A stretch of DNA of 64,000 nt from an uncultured Actinomycetota bacterium. GTDB taxonomy: Bacteria; Actinomycetota; Actinomycetes; Streptosporangiales; Streptosporangiaceae. Below, piece after piece: positions 26,231 through 35,726 of this stretch. The stretch is taken from the NCBI GenBank assembly GCA_963725175.1, contig CAVRXH010000006.1:5939580-6003579 (forward strand), given 5' to 3'. A program made the position numbers and the translations under genes. Position 1 is the first letter of the stretch. Each line of letters begins with the position of its first letter. Below the pieces are notes generated by a model, which was not told the DNA's origin, did no database searches, and saw only the letters and a program-made list of their open reading frames with translations.

Positions 26231-27061
26231 CTACGCCCGGCCCGGCCGGTCAGCCGGCCTGGTGCCGGCCACGATCGTCGCGCCCAGCTCGGGGTCGTGC
26301 ATCGACCCGCCGCGCAGCCCGGCGTCCGCGACCGCCCGCACGGCGCTCGCGAGCTGCCGGTCGCTGGTCTCGATGAGCAGCCAGCCACCGGGCGCGAGCC
26401 AGGACGGCGCGCCCGCGGCGACCCGGCGCAGCAGGTCAAGGCCGTCCGGGCCGCCGTCCAGCGTGGCCGCCGGCTCGTGGTCCCGCGCCTCGGGCGGCAG
26501 CAGCGCGATCTCGGCGGTCGGCACGTACGGCACGTTCGCCGTGATCAGGGTGACCCGGCCGCGCAGGCTCGCGGGCAGCGCGTCGTACAGGTCGCCGGCG
26601 TAGACCCGCCCGGCCGCGCCGAGGTTGGCACGGGCGCAGGCCACGGCCGCCGGATCGGCGTCGGCCGCGTGCAGCTCAGTGCTGCCAGCGCCCAGCCCGC
26701 CCAGCCCGGCCAGCACGGCCGCGCCGATCGCGGCGGAGCCGCAGCACAGGTCGACGACGACGTGCGGCCCGGCGGACCGGCGGGCCAGCGCGATAGCGTG
26801 GCGGGCCAGGAACTCGGTGCGGCGGCGCGGGATGAACACGCCCGGCGTGACAGCAATGCGCAGCCCGCAGAACTCCGCCCAGCCCAGCACCAGCTCAAGC
26901 GGCAGCCCGTCCGCGCGCCGCGCGGCCAGCTCCGCGGCCTGCGCCGGGCTCGCCGCCGCCTGCGTGATCAGCCGGGCCTCGTCCTCGGCGAAGACACAGC
27001 CGGCGGCCCGGAGCAGCGCCACGAGGGCTGGATCCGGCGGGGGAGCGGGGAATTCAGGCAT
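26231..27061 (-). CDS. HemK-like putative protein-(glutamine-N5) methyltransferase
   Basis: SAM-binding motif VVDLCCGSAAIG and the NPPY-variant ANVPYVPT. The start is ATG at 27061; an upstream in-frame ATG exists at 27115. Confidence 0.7.
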   Translation of the reverse strand: MPEFPAPPPDPALVALLRAAGCVFAEDEARLITQAAASPAQAAELAARRADGLPLELVLGWAEFCGLRIAVTPGVFIPRRRTEFLARHAIALARRSAGPHVVVDLCCGSAAIGAAVLAGLGGLGAGSTELHAADADPAAVACARANLGAAGRVYAGDLYDALPASLRGRVTLITANVPYVPTAEIALLPPEARDHEPAATLDGGPDGLDLLRRVAAGAPSWLAPGGWLLIETSDRQLASAVRAVADAGLRGGSMHDPELGATIVAGTRPADRPGRA

Positions 27062-27111
27062 GCAACCCGAAACCCTATCCAGGGCCGCGCGCCGCCCGGC
27101 CGTGCGGGGGC

Positions 27112-28356
27112 TCATCCCGGCAGCGGCGCGGGATCTGGCCCCAGGGCTGGCGGCCGCGCGGCGGCGGCGAGCGCGAGGACGGCCACGGCGCTGAGCAGCG
27201 CCGCGGCGGCGTAGGGCAGCCGGTAGGACAGGTGCGCGATGGCGGCGGCGCCGATCGCCTGGCCGAACGGCACCACCCCGAACAGCAGGAAGGACCACGC
27301 CGCCGACACCCGGCCCTGCAGCTGCTCGGGGGTCAGCCGCTGACTGAGATTGATCACCGCGACCACGGTCCACGGCAGCGCGAACCCGGCCAGCGCGTAC
27401 GCCGCGAGGTCCAGGCCGAGCACCGGGATCGTGAGCAGCGCCGAGGCCAGCGCGCAGTTGACCAGGCCGGCTAGCTGGAGGAACCGCTCGCCCCTGCGGC
27501 GGATGATCCTGGCGCTGACCAGGCCGGCCACGACTGAGCCCGCGCCGAGCATCGCGCTGAAGACGCCGAGGAACGCCGGGCGCTGGTGCACCGCCGTGAC
27601 CATGCTGTACTGCGCGCCCGAGCTGAGGCTAGAGGCGAACATGGCCAGCGTCGCGGCCAGCGTCGCCGACCGCAGGCCAGGCGTCCGCCAGACGTGGCTG
27701 AACCCCGCGACCGCCTCGGTGCGCCACCGGCCCGCCGGCCGGCCGCGCCGGGGCTCGGTGATCCGCAGCCGGGACAGCGCGGCCACCGCGACCAGGAAGG
27801 TGGCCGAGTCGAGCGCGGCCACGACGCCGCCGCCGAACAGCTCGAACAGGCCCGCGCCGAACAGCGGCGCGACCAGCTTGCCGCCCTCGGTGATGCTCAT
27901 CATCAGGCCGTTGATCCGGCGGCGCTCGCTGAGGGAGAACATCGTGTAGAACAGCCCGCTCGACGCCGGCCCGTCCACGACCATGGACAGGCCGTAGCAG
28001 GCCATCACCGCGTAGATCATCCACACGGCAGCGGAGGTGCGGACCGCGAGCAGCGGCAGCAGGACCAGTGCCATCGCCAGGTTCACCGCGATCAGCAGCC
28101 GCCTCCTGGGCAGCCGGTCGGCCAGCATCCCGGCCGGCGCCGCGAGCAGCGTCGGCGCGTAGACGCAGACCTGGGCCAGCGCGGCCATCGAGCTGCTGCC
28201 GGTCAGCTCCTTGACCCAGATCCCCGCCACCAGGCTCATCGCGCCATTGCCCAGCAGCGAGGCCGACACCCCGGTCAGGTAAATGCGCGCGTTCCTGCGC
28301 TGCTCCGCCTGGCCGGGCGCCCCGCCCGGCGTTCGGACGGCGGGCGGGGTGGTCAT
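27112..28356 (-). CDS. MFS transporter
   Basis: Twelve-TM topology with the MFS loop motif ADRLPRRRLL. Confidence 0.8.
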   Translation of the reverse strand: MTTPPAVRTPGGAPGQAEQRRNARIYLTGVSASLLGNGAMSLVAGIWVKELTGSSSMAALAQVCVYAPTLLAAPAGMLADRLPRRRLLIAVNLAMALVLLPLLAVRTSAAVWMIYAVMACYGLSMVVDGPASSGLFYTMFSLSERRRINGLMMSITEGGKLVAPLFGAGLFELFGGGVVAALDSATFLVAVAALSRLRITEPRRGRPAGRWRTEAVAGFSHVWRTPGLRSATLAATLAMFASSLSSGAQYSMVTAVHQRPAFLGVFSAMLGAGSVVAGLVSARIIRRRGERFLQLAGLVNCALASALLTIPVLGLDLAAYALAGFALPWTVVAVINLSQRLTPEQLQGRVSAAWSFLLFGVVPFGQAIGAAAIAHLSYRLPYAAAALLSAVAVLALAAAARPPALGPDPAPLPG

Positions 28357-28605
28357 TAATCCACTCTAAGCCGCATTTCTTATTCGCGCGGTCCTGATAG
28401 CCGCTGACGTGGCCGGATCTGAATAAGTCGGGCCTGGTTCATATTCTCGGTATATGAGATTTACTGCGGTGATAATGCGCCTGGTAATTGCACTCCGACC
28501 GCCGCCCGGCAATTTCGCGCGTCCTTGGCTTATCAGGAGGGCTGGCCTGCCGCCGTGAGCAGCCCGCTCAGGGTGCCTGCCGTGCCGGAGGCCGGGACGC
28601 GCGGC

Positions 28606-28974
28606 TCAGCCGCGGTCGTGGAGGGTCACCTGGTAGCCGTCGGGGTCGGCGAACGTGAAAGTGCGGCCGAACGGCCCGTCGGCGGGCGCTGAGATGATCG
28701 TCGTGCCGGCGGCGGCGAGGGCGTCGTGGATGTCCTGCGCGTCGGGGGCGTGCAGCCACAGCGCCATTCCCTGGCCCGGCTGGGCGATCGCGTCCAGGTC
28801 GGTGCCCGCGATGACGTCGCGGACGGCGAGCGCGATCGGCCTGGTTTCGAACACGACGGCGTGCGGCGGTCCCGCCTCGGAGCGCTTCAGCCCCAGGTAC
28901 CGCTCGTAGAAAGCGGCGGAGCGCTCCAGGTCGCGCACCTGCAGTGAGATGAAGTCGGGTCCGGTGACGGCCAC
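28606..28974 (-). CDS. VOC family protein (glyoxalase/bleomycin-resistance fold)
   Basis: A GTG start at 28974 is preceded by a GGAGG RBS. The VOC fold region reads FISLQVRDLERSAAFYERYLGL… The gene is divergent from MarR. Confidence 0.7.
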   Translation of the reverse strand: MAVTGPDFISLQVRDLERSAAFYERYLGLKRSEAGPPHAVVFETRPIALAVRDVIAGTDLDAIAQPGQGMALWLHAPDAQDIHDALAAAGTTIISAPADGPFGRTFTFADPDGYQVTLHDRG

Positions 28975-28994
28975 GATCGTTACCTCCTCATGGG

Positions 28995-29040
28995 ATGTCA
29001 GTCTTCTGACACACCTCACTGTATGTCAGACTACTGACAT
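28995..29040. promoter_or_regulatory. Two TGTCAG-N4-CTGACA palindromes in the VOC/MarR divergent promoter; putative MarR operators
   Basis: aTGTCAGtcttCTGACA at 28995-29011 and aTGTCAGactaCTGACAt at 29023-29040. The second abuts the MarR ATG. Confidence 0.45.
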
Positions 29041-29500
29041 GAGTCAAGGCGAGCCGGGAATCGAGCTGGGCACATCGCTGGGGTACATGCTGAAGGCGGC
29101 CGCGAGCGCCCTGCACGCTGCCCTGGAGGCCGTGCTGAGGCCGCTGGGCATGACGATCACCCACTACGCCTGCCTGGAGCTGCTTGCCCAGCGGCCGGGC
29201 CTGTCGAACTCCGAGCTTGCCCGCGGCGCCTTCGTCACCCGGCAGTCGATGAGCGTGCTCCTGCAGGCCCTCGAACGCCAGGGACTCGTTATCCGCGCGG
29301 CACGGGCACCCGTCGGCAGGGCCCTGCCCACCGAGCTGACCGCCCGCGGGCGCCGCCAGCTCACGATGGCCAGCGCCGCGGTCCGCCGCGTCGAGCAGGA
29401 CATGCTGGCCAGCCTGGACGCCAGCGAGCAAGATCAGATGCGGCTCCTGCTCACCGCGTGCATCACCGCACTGACCGAACCGCCCGCACCGGCGACGTAG
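29039..29500 (+). CDS. MarR family transcriptional regulator
   Basis: Winged HTH …LELLAQRPGLSNSELARGAFVTRQSMSVLLQALERQGLV…. Confidence 0.8.
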   Translation: MSQGEPGIELGTSLGYMLKAAASALHAALEAVLRPLGMTITHYACLELLAQRPGLSNSELARGAFVTRQSMSVLLQALERQGLVIRAARAPVGRALPTELTARGRRQLTMASAAVRRVEQDMLASLDASEQDQMRLLLTACITALTEPPAPAT

Positions 29501-29600
29501 CTGCCCCGGAATCTACGACTCTGTCGGCCGGCCAGCTCACCAAGGCCGGCGCGCGCCGCCTGACGACCCTGCTCGAACGCGTCCTGGTGCGAGCGGCAGG

Positions 29601-30484
29601 CTAGATAACGGCCAGGTCGAGAGCGGCCAGCCTGGCCCGGTCAGCGATCAGCTCGTAGCCGCTGATCTTCTCGCCCTCGATGGTGACGGCCAGGGCCAGC
29701 AGCAGCCGGCCGCGCGGGGCGACCAGGAGGCCGGCCGCGCCGTTGATCAGGGCCAGCTCGGCGACGGCGGCGTTCTGGCCGAACGCGGCGATCTCCCTGG
29801 CCACCACACCCGCGCCGCGGACCTCGGCCGGCCAGCCGCCGGCATCGCCACCCGGTCGGCGCGGCGGACCACGTCCGGGGCCAGCACCGCCAGCACCGCG
29901 TCCACGTCGCCGGCCCGCGACGCGGCCAGGAACGCCTCCACCATCCGGCGGTGCCTGGCCAGCTCGGCGGCGGGCACCGCCGGCCTGCCGCGAACCTTCT
30001 GCCGCGCCCGGCTGGCTAGCTTCTTCGCCGCGGCCGCCGTCTTCCCGACCACCGGGGCGATCTCCCCGAACGGCACGGCGAGCATGTCATGCAGCACGAA
30101 CGCGACCCGCTCGTCCGGGCTGAGCGCATCCAGCACCACCAGCAGCGCGCGGCCCGCCTCCTCGGCCAGCACCGCCTCCCGCTCGGGATCGCCGGCCGCC
30201 GCGGCGGCTCCCGGTCCGGCCGCGTCGGCGGGCATCTCGCCCGCCAGGTCCTCCCGCCGCGCCGCGCGGGCGCGCAGCATGTCCAGGCAGATGCGGGACG
30301 CCGTGGTCCGCAGCCAGCCGCCCAGGCTGGCGATCTCGCCGACGTCGGCGCGCTCCAGCCGCAGCCAGGTCTCCTGGACCGCGTCCTGCGCCTCCTCCAG
30401 CGAGCCGAGCATCCGGTAGGCGACGCCCTGGAGCTGCCCGCGCCGCGACTCGAAGTCCCTCGCCAGCGCCTCGCGCTCGTTCAC
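29601..30484 (-). pseudogene. ECF RNA polymerase sigma factor, SigJ-like (sigma-70 regions 2 and 4 plus a C-terminal SnoaL-like domain), with a frameshift near 29810-29850
   Basis: ORF 29747-30484 holds sigma-70 regions 2 and 4 (…DAVQETWLRL…) but ends in nonsense (RVWWPGRSPRS…). ORF 29601-29807 in another frame encodes the conserved SigJ C-terminus VAREIAAFGQNAAVAELALINGAAGLLVAPRGRLLLALAVTIEGEKISGYELIADRARL. Confidence 0.6.
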
Positions 30485-30546
30485 CGGTCACCTCTGCTCC
30501 TTCGGGCCCGTCAATAGTAGGGAGCCCGCGGAGGAGGACATTGATC

Positions 30547-31209
30547 ATGGAGGTCCACGAGGCGGTACTGAGCCGCCGGGCGGTGCGCGGTTTCACCAGC
30601 GAGCCGGTTCCGGCGGGCGTGCTGGAGCGGGTGCTGGCCGTCGCCGCCCGCGCGCCATCCGGCGGAAACCTGCAGCCCTGGCACAGCTACGTGCTCACCG
30701 GGCCATCGCTGGCCGAGCTCAAGAAGCGCGTCGGCGAGCGGCTGGCGGCAGGCGACGCCGGCGACGAGCGCGAGTTCGAGATGTACCCGGCCGGGCTGGA
30801 GCCGCCATACCGGGAACGCCGCGCCGCCGCCGGGGAGCAGCGGTACGCGGCGCAGGGCATCGCCCGCTCCGACCGGGCCGGCCGCGCGCGGGCGGTGGCC
30901 GCGAACTGGGACTGCTTCGGCGCGCAGGCCGCGCTGTTCTGCTACATCGACCGCGGCATGGGCCGGCCCCAGTGGGCCGATCTCGGCATGTACCTCCAGA
31001 CCGTCATGCTGCTGCTGCGAGCCGAGGGCCTGCACAGCTGCCCGCAGCTGGCCTGGACGGTGTACCGGACGTCAGTCGCGGAGGTGGCGACGCCGCCGCC
31101 GGGGCTGCTGATGTTCTGCGGCATGTCGATCGGCTACGCCGACCCGGCCGCCCCCCGCCCCCGCATCACCCGCGCCCCCCTAGCCGAGACAGTCACCTTC
31201 CTGAACTAG
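30547..31209 (+). CDS. Nitroreductase family protein
   Basis: Family motifs LSRRAVRGF, …APSGGNLQPW… and a conserved C-terminal region. Confidence 0.8.
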   Translation: MEVHEAVLSRRAVRGFTSEPVPAGVLERVLAVAARAPSGGNLQPWHSYVLTGPSLAELKKRVGERLAAGDAGDEREFEMYPAGLEPPYRERRAAAGEQRYAAQGIARSDRAGRARAVAANWDCFGAQAALFCYIDRGMGRPQWADLGMYLQTVMLLLRAEGLHSCPQLAWTVYRTSVAEVATPPPGLLMFCGMSIGYADPAAPRPRITRAPLAETVTFLN

Positions 31210-31279
31210 CCAGCCCGGGTCGGTGCCGTCCCGGCAGGCGGGGCCGGCTGGCGGCAAAGCCGCGTCGGCGCACGGCGGG

Positions 31280-32722
31280 TTACCGGGGCGCGGGGGTCTC
31301 CGGGGCGTCGGGGACGGCGTGCAGGCCGGGCGGCGCGGTGGCGGGCGGCTGGGCCGGGGGGTCCGCTGCTGGCTCGGGCGCCGTCTCGGGTCCGGCGGCC
31401 GGGGTGACGGCCGCAGCCTCGGTGACGGCCGGGTCGGCGGCGGGCAGCTCGGGGACGGGGACCGCGCCGCCGGCTGCGGTGTCCGCGGGCAGCGTCCCGG
31501 CGGCGCGGTTCGCGCCCGCCGTCGCGGACCTGAGCGTGTCCAGGATGGTCAGGCCCTGGCCGACCAGGCCGGTCATGACCTGGCCGACGCCCTCGGTGCC
31601 GTTCAGGATGGTCAGGTTCGAGGCAGCGATGCCCTGCGCCGCGGAACCGACCAGCGACGGCAGGCTGTCCACGATGGCGGCGGCCGCCAGCAGCTCCTGA
31701 TGCCCGCCGGCCAGCGACGCGGCCCGCAGGTTGTTGGCGTCGGCCTGGGCCATCGCCGTCGCCCGCTGAGCATAGGCCTCGGCGTCCGCGCGGATCCGGG
31801 CGGCCTGCGCTTCCGCCCCGGCCAGGGTCGTCTGCCGGAACGCCTCGCCCTCGGCGGTGAACTTGGCCCGGTCCCTGGCGGCCTCGGCCAGCGCGCGCTG
31901 CTTGTACGCCTCGGCGTCGGCCGGGCGGCGAACCTCGGCCTCCAGCCGCTGCGCGGCCAGGTCGGCGCGGCGCTGGGCGAGCATGGTCTGCTGCTCGATG
32001 ACCTCCTGCGAGGCGCGGGCCTCGGCCAGCGGCCCGGACTGCGCGGCCCTGGCCTTGGCCTCCTCGGTCTCGGCCTGGAACCCGGACACCTTGATGGCCA
32101 GGTCGCGCTCGTACAGCGCCTTCATCGCGGCGGCCTGCTGCTCCTGCTCGGCGGCCTCCTGGTCGGCGCGCGCCCGCGCGATGCGGGCCTGGCTGGCCAC
32201 CGAGGCGGCGTGCGGCGCTGACAGGTTGTTGATGTACCCGGACAGGTCCTCGATCTCCTGGATCTCCAGGGCGTCCACCACGATGCCGAGCTTCTCCATC
32301 TCGGCGTGGCTGCCCTCCTTGATCTCCTGCGCCACCCGGTCCCGCTCCCGGATGATCTGCTCCACCGTGAGCCCGCCGATGATGGACCGCAGGTGACCGG
32401 CGAACACCCGGCCGACCAGGATCTCCATCTTGTCCTGCTCCGACAGGAACCGGCGGGCGGCGTTGGCGATCGACGCCGAGTCGTCGCCGACCTTGAACGC
32501 GGCCACGGCCCGGACGTTCAGCCGGATGCCCTGGCTGGTGATGCAGTCCTCGACGATCTCCGCCTCGCGCAGGGCCAGGGACAGCACCCGGGCCTGGCGG
32601 ACGACGGGCACCACGAAGCTGCCGTGGCCGGTGATGATCCGGAACTGGGTGTCCTGCCGGCGTCGCTTCGACCCGGAGATCAGCAGCGCTTCATTGGGTG
32701 CCGGGACATGCCAGAAAAACAT
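31280..32722 (-). CDS. Flotillin-like SPFH/band-7 protein
   Basis: N-terminus MFFWHVPAPNEALLISG…, then an SPFH domain and a long Ala/Glu/Arg-rich coiled coil. Confidence 0.8.
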   Translation of the reverse strand: MFFWHVPAPNEALLISGSKRRRQDTQFRIITGHGSFVVPVVRQARVLSLALREAEIVEDCITSQGIRLNVRAVAAFKVGDDSASIANAARRFLSEQDKMEILVGRVFAGHLRSIIGGLTVEQIIRERDRVAQEIKEGSHAEMEKLGIVVDALEIQEIEDLSGYINNLSAPHAASVASQARIARARADQEAAEQEQQAAAMKALYERDLAIKVSGFQAETEEAKARAAQSGPLAEARASQEVIEQQTMLAQRRADLAAQRLEAEVRRPADAEAYKQRALAEAARDRAKFTAEGEAFRQTTLAGAEAQAARIRADAEAYAQRATAMAQADANNLRAASLAGGHQELLAAAAIVDSLPSLVGSAAQGIAASNLTILNGTEGVGQVMTGLVGQGLTILDTLRSATAGANRAAGTLPADTAAGGAVPVPELPAADPAVTEAAAVTPAAGPETAPEPAADPPAQPPATAPPGLHAVPDAPETPAPR

Positions 32723-32745
32723 GATGGGCTCCAGGATTGGCCGTG

Positions 32746-33018
32746 CTAGGGAACCGGGGTGACGAAGACGGAGCGCGCGGACAGGCACTCCACCACCGCG
32801 ACGCGGCTGTGCCGCCGGATGGGCTCATCTGACCAGGCGGCGAACGCCTCGGTGCCGCCGCGGATGGGCAGCAGCACCTCGCCGGGACCCCCGGCCGGGA
32901 TGGAGACGGTTACCCGTCCGATGGCTCCGAGCAGGCTCTGCTCCGCGTCAGCCACGGCCCCCGACCAGCTTTCCGGCCATGTTCGCCTCGTCTTATCGCA
33001 CCGCGCCCGCCTTGCCAT
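32746..33018 (-). CDS. NfeD-like protein, C-terminal OB-fold domain only (90 aa; no membrane anchor in any frame)
   Basis: LLGAIGRVTVSIPAGGPGEVLLPIRGGTEAFAAWSDEPIRRHSRVAVVEC matches the NfeD OB-fold. Stops at 33034-33036 leave no room for the usual N-terminal TM segments. Confidence 0.5.
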   Translation of the reverse strand: MARRARCDKTRRTWPESWSGAVADAEQSLLGAIGRVTVSIPAGGPGEVLLPIRGGTEAFAAWSDEPIRRHSRVAVVECLSARSVFVTPVP

Positions 33019-33165
33019 TCGCGGCCTTCCCGATCATTATGCTCCCGCCGCGCGGGGCCGCTGACCGGCCGGCCTCGCGCCGGCCACCGCGCGCGGCGGC
33101 CAGGGCTAGAAGTCGACCCGCATCACGACGCGGCCTAGTGCTGGACCGGCTGGTGAGCGCCGGAG

Positions 33166-34212
33166 TTACGGGCGGGGTCCCTCGGTGGACAGCAGAACGA
33201 CGGTGGCCGACGGGCCCAGGCCGAGCCCGGCTAGCGGGAGCTCGCGGACGGCGGCCAGGGCGGCTGCCCCGCAGGGGCCGGCGGCGACCCCGTGCGCGGC
33301 GAGGTCGCCCGCCGCGATGGCCGCCTGCTCCTCGGAAACGGCGATCGCTCCCGACAGGCCGTTCCGCAGCGAAGGCCAGGCCAGGGCGGACGGCGTCGGG
33401 CAGTTCAGGCCCGCCATCCGGGTGCGGCCCGTGCTGACCGTGACCGGGCGGCCGGCCAGCAGGCTGCGGCGGACGCAGTCGGCGCTGTCCGGCTCGGCCG
33501 TGACGACGTGCGCGCGGCCCCGGTAGTGCGTGACGATCGCCTGGGCCAGCGCGCCGACCCCGGCCGGCACCACGACCAGGTCCGGGTCGGCGAGGTCGTC
33601 GATCTCGGCGGGCAGCGTGCTGTAGCCGTCCGCGATCCAGCCCGGCACCTGCGTGTACCCGTCCCAGGCGGTGTCCTGCACCAGCTCGGCGCCGGTGCCG
33701 GCGGCGCACTTGGCTGCCCGGCGCACGGCCTCGTCGTAGTCCCCGGCGACCCGGCGGATGACCGCGCCCTCGGCCGCGATGAGGTCGGCGGCCGCGTGGT
33801 CCACCGCGTCCGGCACGAAGATCTCCGACCGCGCGCCGAGCAGCGCGGCCATCCGGGCGACCGCCCGGCCGTGGTTGCCGTCCGTCGCGGCGGTGAACGC
33901 CAGGCCGGGAGGGACGACGGCGCGCAGGCTGGCCAGCGTGATCGCGTCACGGGCCAGGCCGGCGCGGCTGGCCAGCAGGCGGGCGATCGCCCAGGAGGCA
34001 CCGAGGATCTTGAACGCCGGGAGTCCGAGGCGGCACGATTCGTCCTTGGCCAGGACCCGGCCGACGCCGAGTTCGGCCGCGAGGGCGGGCAGGTCGGCGA
34101 GCGGGGTCGGCGCGTAACCGGGCAGCCGGGCGTGGAACGCGCGCACCTCCGGCCCCGGGCGCAGCGGCGGCGCGCCGCCGCGCAGGTCACGGGCCTGCGG
34201 ACGAAGGAACAT
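33166..34212 (-). CDS. Diaminopropionate ammonia-lyase (PLP-dependent, DpaL/YgeX family)
   Basis: KDESCRLGLPAFKILGASWA (PLP-binding lysine), TAATDGNHGRAVA, ELVQDTAWDGYTQVPGWI and VVLLSTEGPRP all match DpaL. Confidence 0.8.
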   Translation of the reverse strand: MFLRPQARDLRGGAPPLRPGPEVRAFHARLPGYAPTPLADLPALAAELGVGRVLAKDESCRLGLPAFKILGASWAIARLLASRAGLARDAITLASLRAVVPPGLAFTAATDGNHGRAVARMAALLGARSEIFVPDAVDHAAADLIAAEGAVIRRVAGDYDEAVRRAAKCAAGTGAELVQDTAWDGYTQVPGWIADGYSTLPAEIDDLADPDLVVVPAGVGALAQAIVTHYRGRAHVVTAEPDSADCVRRSLLAGRPVTVSTGRTRMAGLNCPTPSALAWPSLRNGLSGAIAVSEEQAAIAAGDLAAHGVAAGPCGAAALAAVRELPLAGLGLGPSATVVLLSTEGPRP

Positions 34213-34271
34213 GGCCGCATCATCGCCGCAGAGCGATCATTCAGTCCAGTGCCGAGCCGGGCCGGCCGGGC

Positions 34272-35225
34272 TCAGAGCCCCAGCGCCTCGCTGATGTCCG
34301 CGCGCGCGAGCTGGGCCACGCACCAGGCGAAATGCCCGTCGCTGCCGTCGGAGGTGAACGCGTTGCTCGTCGCGACCGCGTAGACCGCCTGGAAGATCAG
34401 CAGCACCTCGGGCGGATAGCCAAGCTCCCTGGCGAACCGGGCCGTCAGGTCGCGGGTGATCTCCGCCGCCTGCGGCCCGTACATGTTCATGCACGCCGCC
34501 GTGATGGCCGCGTCGAGCCGGGCGTCGCCCGCCGTGGTGACGAACCCGAAATCGAGCACCGCGGTCGGCCGGGCCGCCTCGTCGACCAGGATGTTCGAGC
34601 CGAGCAGGTCGCCGTGAATCGGCACGTCCGGGCACCCGCCGAGGCCCGCCAGCCGGTCCAGCAGCGCCGCGTGGCGGCGGTCGAAGTCCGGTAGCCGGCT
34701 CCTGATGACCGGCCCGAACCTGGCGACGCGCCGGTCCAACAGCCCGCGCAGGGCCGCGGGGAAGCTGTCCGCGCCCGCCCACAGCGGCCGGTCCTCGTCC
34801 ACGACCGCCAGCTCGCGCATGCTGGCGGTGGCCGGAACCGTGGCGAGCGCGGCCAGGATGGCGGTCACGCAGGCGACCGCGGGCTCCCCTGTCTCCCGTT
34901 CCCCGGCCGCGAACCGGTGCTGCAGCTGCTCGCCGGGCAGCTTGCGCTCGTAGGTCACCGATCGGCCAGCTATCCGCTCGATGGAAAGGATCTCCGGCGT
35001 CTCGAACGGCAGCCCAGCGGCGGCCACGTCCGCGTAGAACGCCTGCATGCGCTCCAGGGTGGCGACGCCGCGCTCGCGCCAGACCTTCGCGACCAGCCCG
35101 CCGCCCAGGTCATAGATGGCGCCCTCCATCCCGGCCGCCAGCGGCGCGGGATCATGGCCCTGCCGCGCGAACCGGTCCAGCCACTGCTGGCTGTGCCGCT
35201 GCACGTTATCCGGCACGGCGGTCAC
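34272..35225 (-). CDS. Phosphotransferase family protein (APH-like kinase)
   Basis: Catalytic-loop motif IHGDLLGSNILVDE and the DFGF motif of the APH/choline-kinase superfamily. Confidence 0.7.
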   Translation of the reverse strand: MTAVPDNVQRHSQQWLDRFARQGHDPAPLAAGMEGAIYDLGGGLVAKVWRERGVATLERMQAFYADVAAAGLPFETPEILSIERIAGRSVTYERKLPGEQLQHRFAAGERETGEPAVACVTAILAALATVPATASMRELAVVDEDRPLWAGADSFPAALRGLLDRRVARFGPVIRSRLPDFDRRHAALLDRLAGLGGCPDVPIHGDLLGSNILVDEAARPTAVLDFGFVTTAGDARLDAAITAACMNMYGPQAAEITRDLTARFARELGYPPEVLLIFQAVYAVATSNAFTSDGSDGHFAWCVAQLARADISEALGL

Positions 35226-35384
35226 GTCCTCCCGGTGCTGGCGTGAATACTGGAGTTCGTGCGCCGCCTCGGTGATCCGGCCCGCCGGCGTTGATCGCGG
35301 TGCACGGCGGTCCGGCCTGGCGGTGGCCAGGTGAAACGAGCGCCCCTATCCGTGCTGCACAACGGAGCCGGGTGCCGTCACGGC

Positions 35385-35726
35385 CTAGCCGGCGGCATGG
35401 CCGATTCCGAAGGCATAGGCGAGGAAGATAACGCCGACCACGCAGGGTGCGAGGCTGATGGTCCACCCGATCGGCAGCCCGCCACCGAAGCTACCGCGCA
35501 TGCGCCCGGTCTGCGGGACCAGGCGGCAGACGATGTAGGCGGCCAATGCTGCCACCTCGATGACGCCGGACCAGGCGAGCAGCGGGCCGGCCCAGCCGCG
35601 GCTCAGCCTGATAGCCAGGATGAGCGCGAGTGGCTGGGCGATGATGCCGGCTGTTACCCCGGCCAGCCGTGCGGGGGAGACGCGGAGCACGGCCAGCGCG
35701 CTCCGCGAGCCGCTATCGCCGGCCAT
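35385..35726 (-). CDS. Small integral membrane protein (114 aa), translationally coupled to the upstream GNAT gene (TGATG overlap)
   Basis: The ATG at 35726 shares one base with the GNAT stop codon. Three predicted TM segments. Confidence 0.5.
   Translation of the reverse strand: MAGDSGSRSALAVLRVSPARLAGVTAGIIAQPLALILAIRLSRGWAGPLLAWSGVIEVAALAAYIVCRLVPQTGRMRGSFGGGLPIGWTISLAPCVVGVIFLAYAFGIGHAAG

Noticed and set aside
32993-33709. ORF 32993-33709(-) considered as the missing N-terminal membrane part of NfeD, to be joined to the OB-fold ORF by a frameshift.
   Set aside because: Translation of all three minus-strand frames between 33019 and 33165 gives no hydrophobic segment. Most of this ORF is antisense to or overlaps the DpaL gene.
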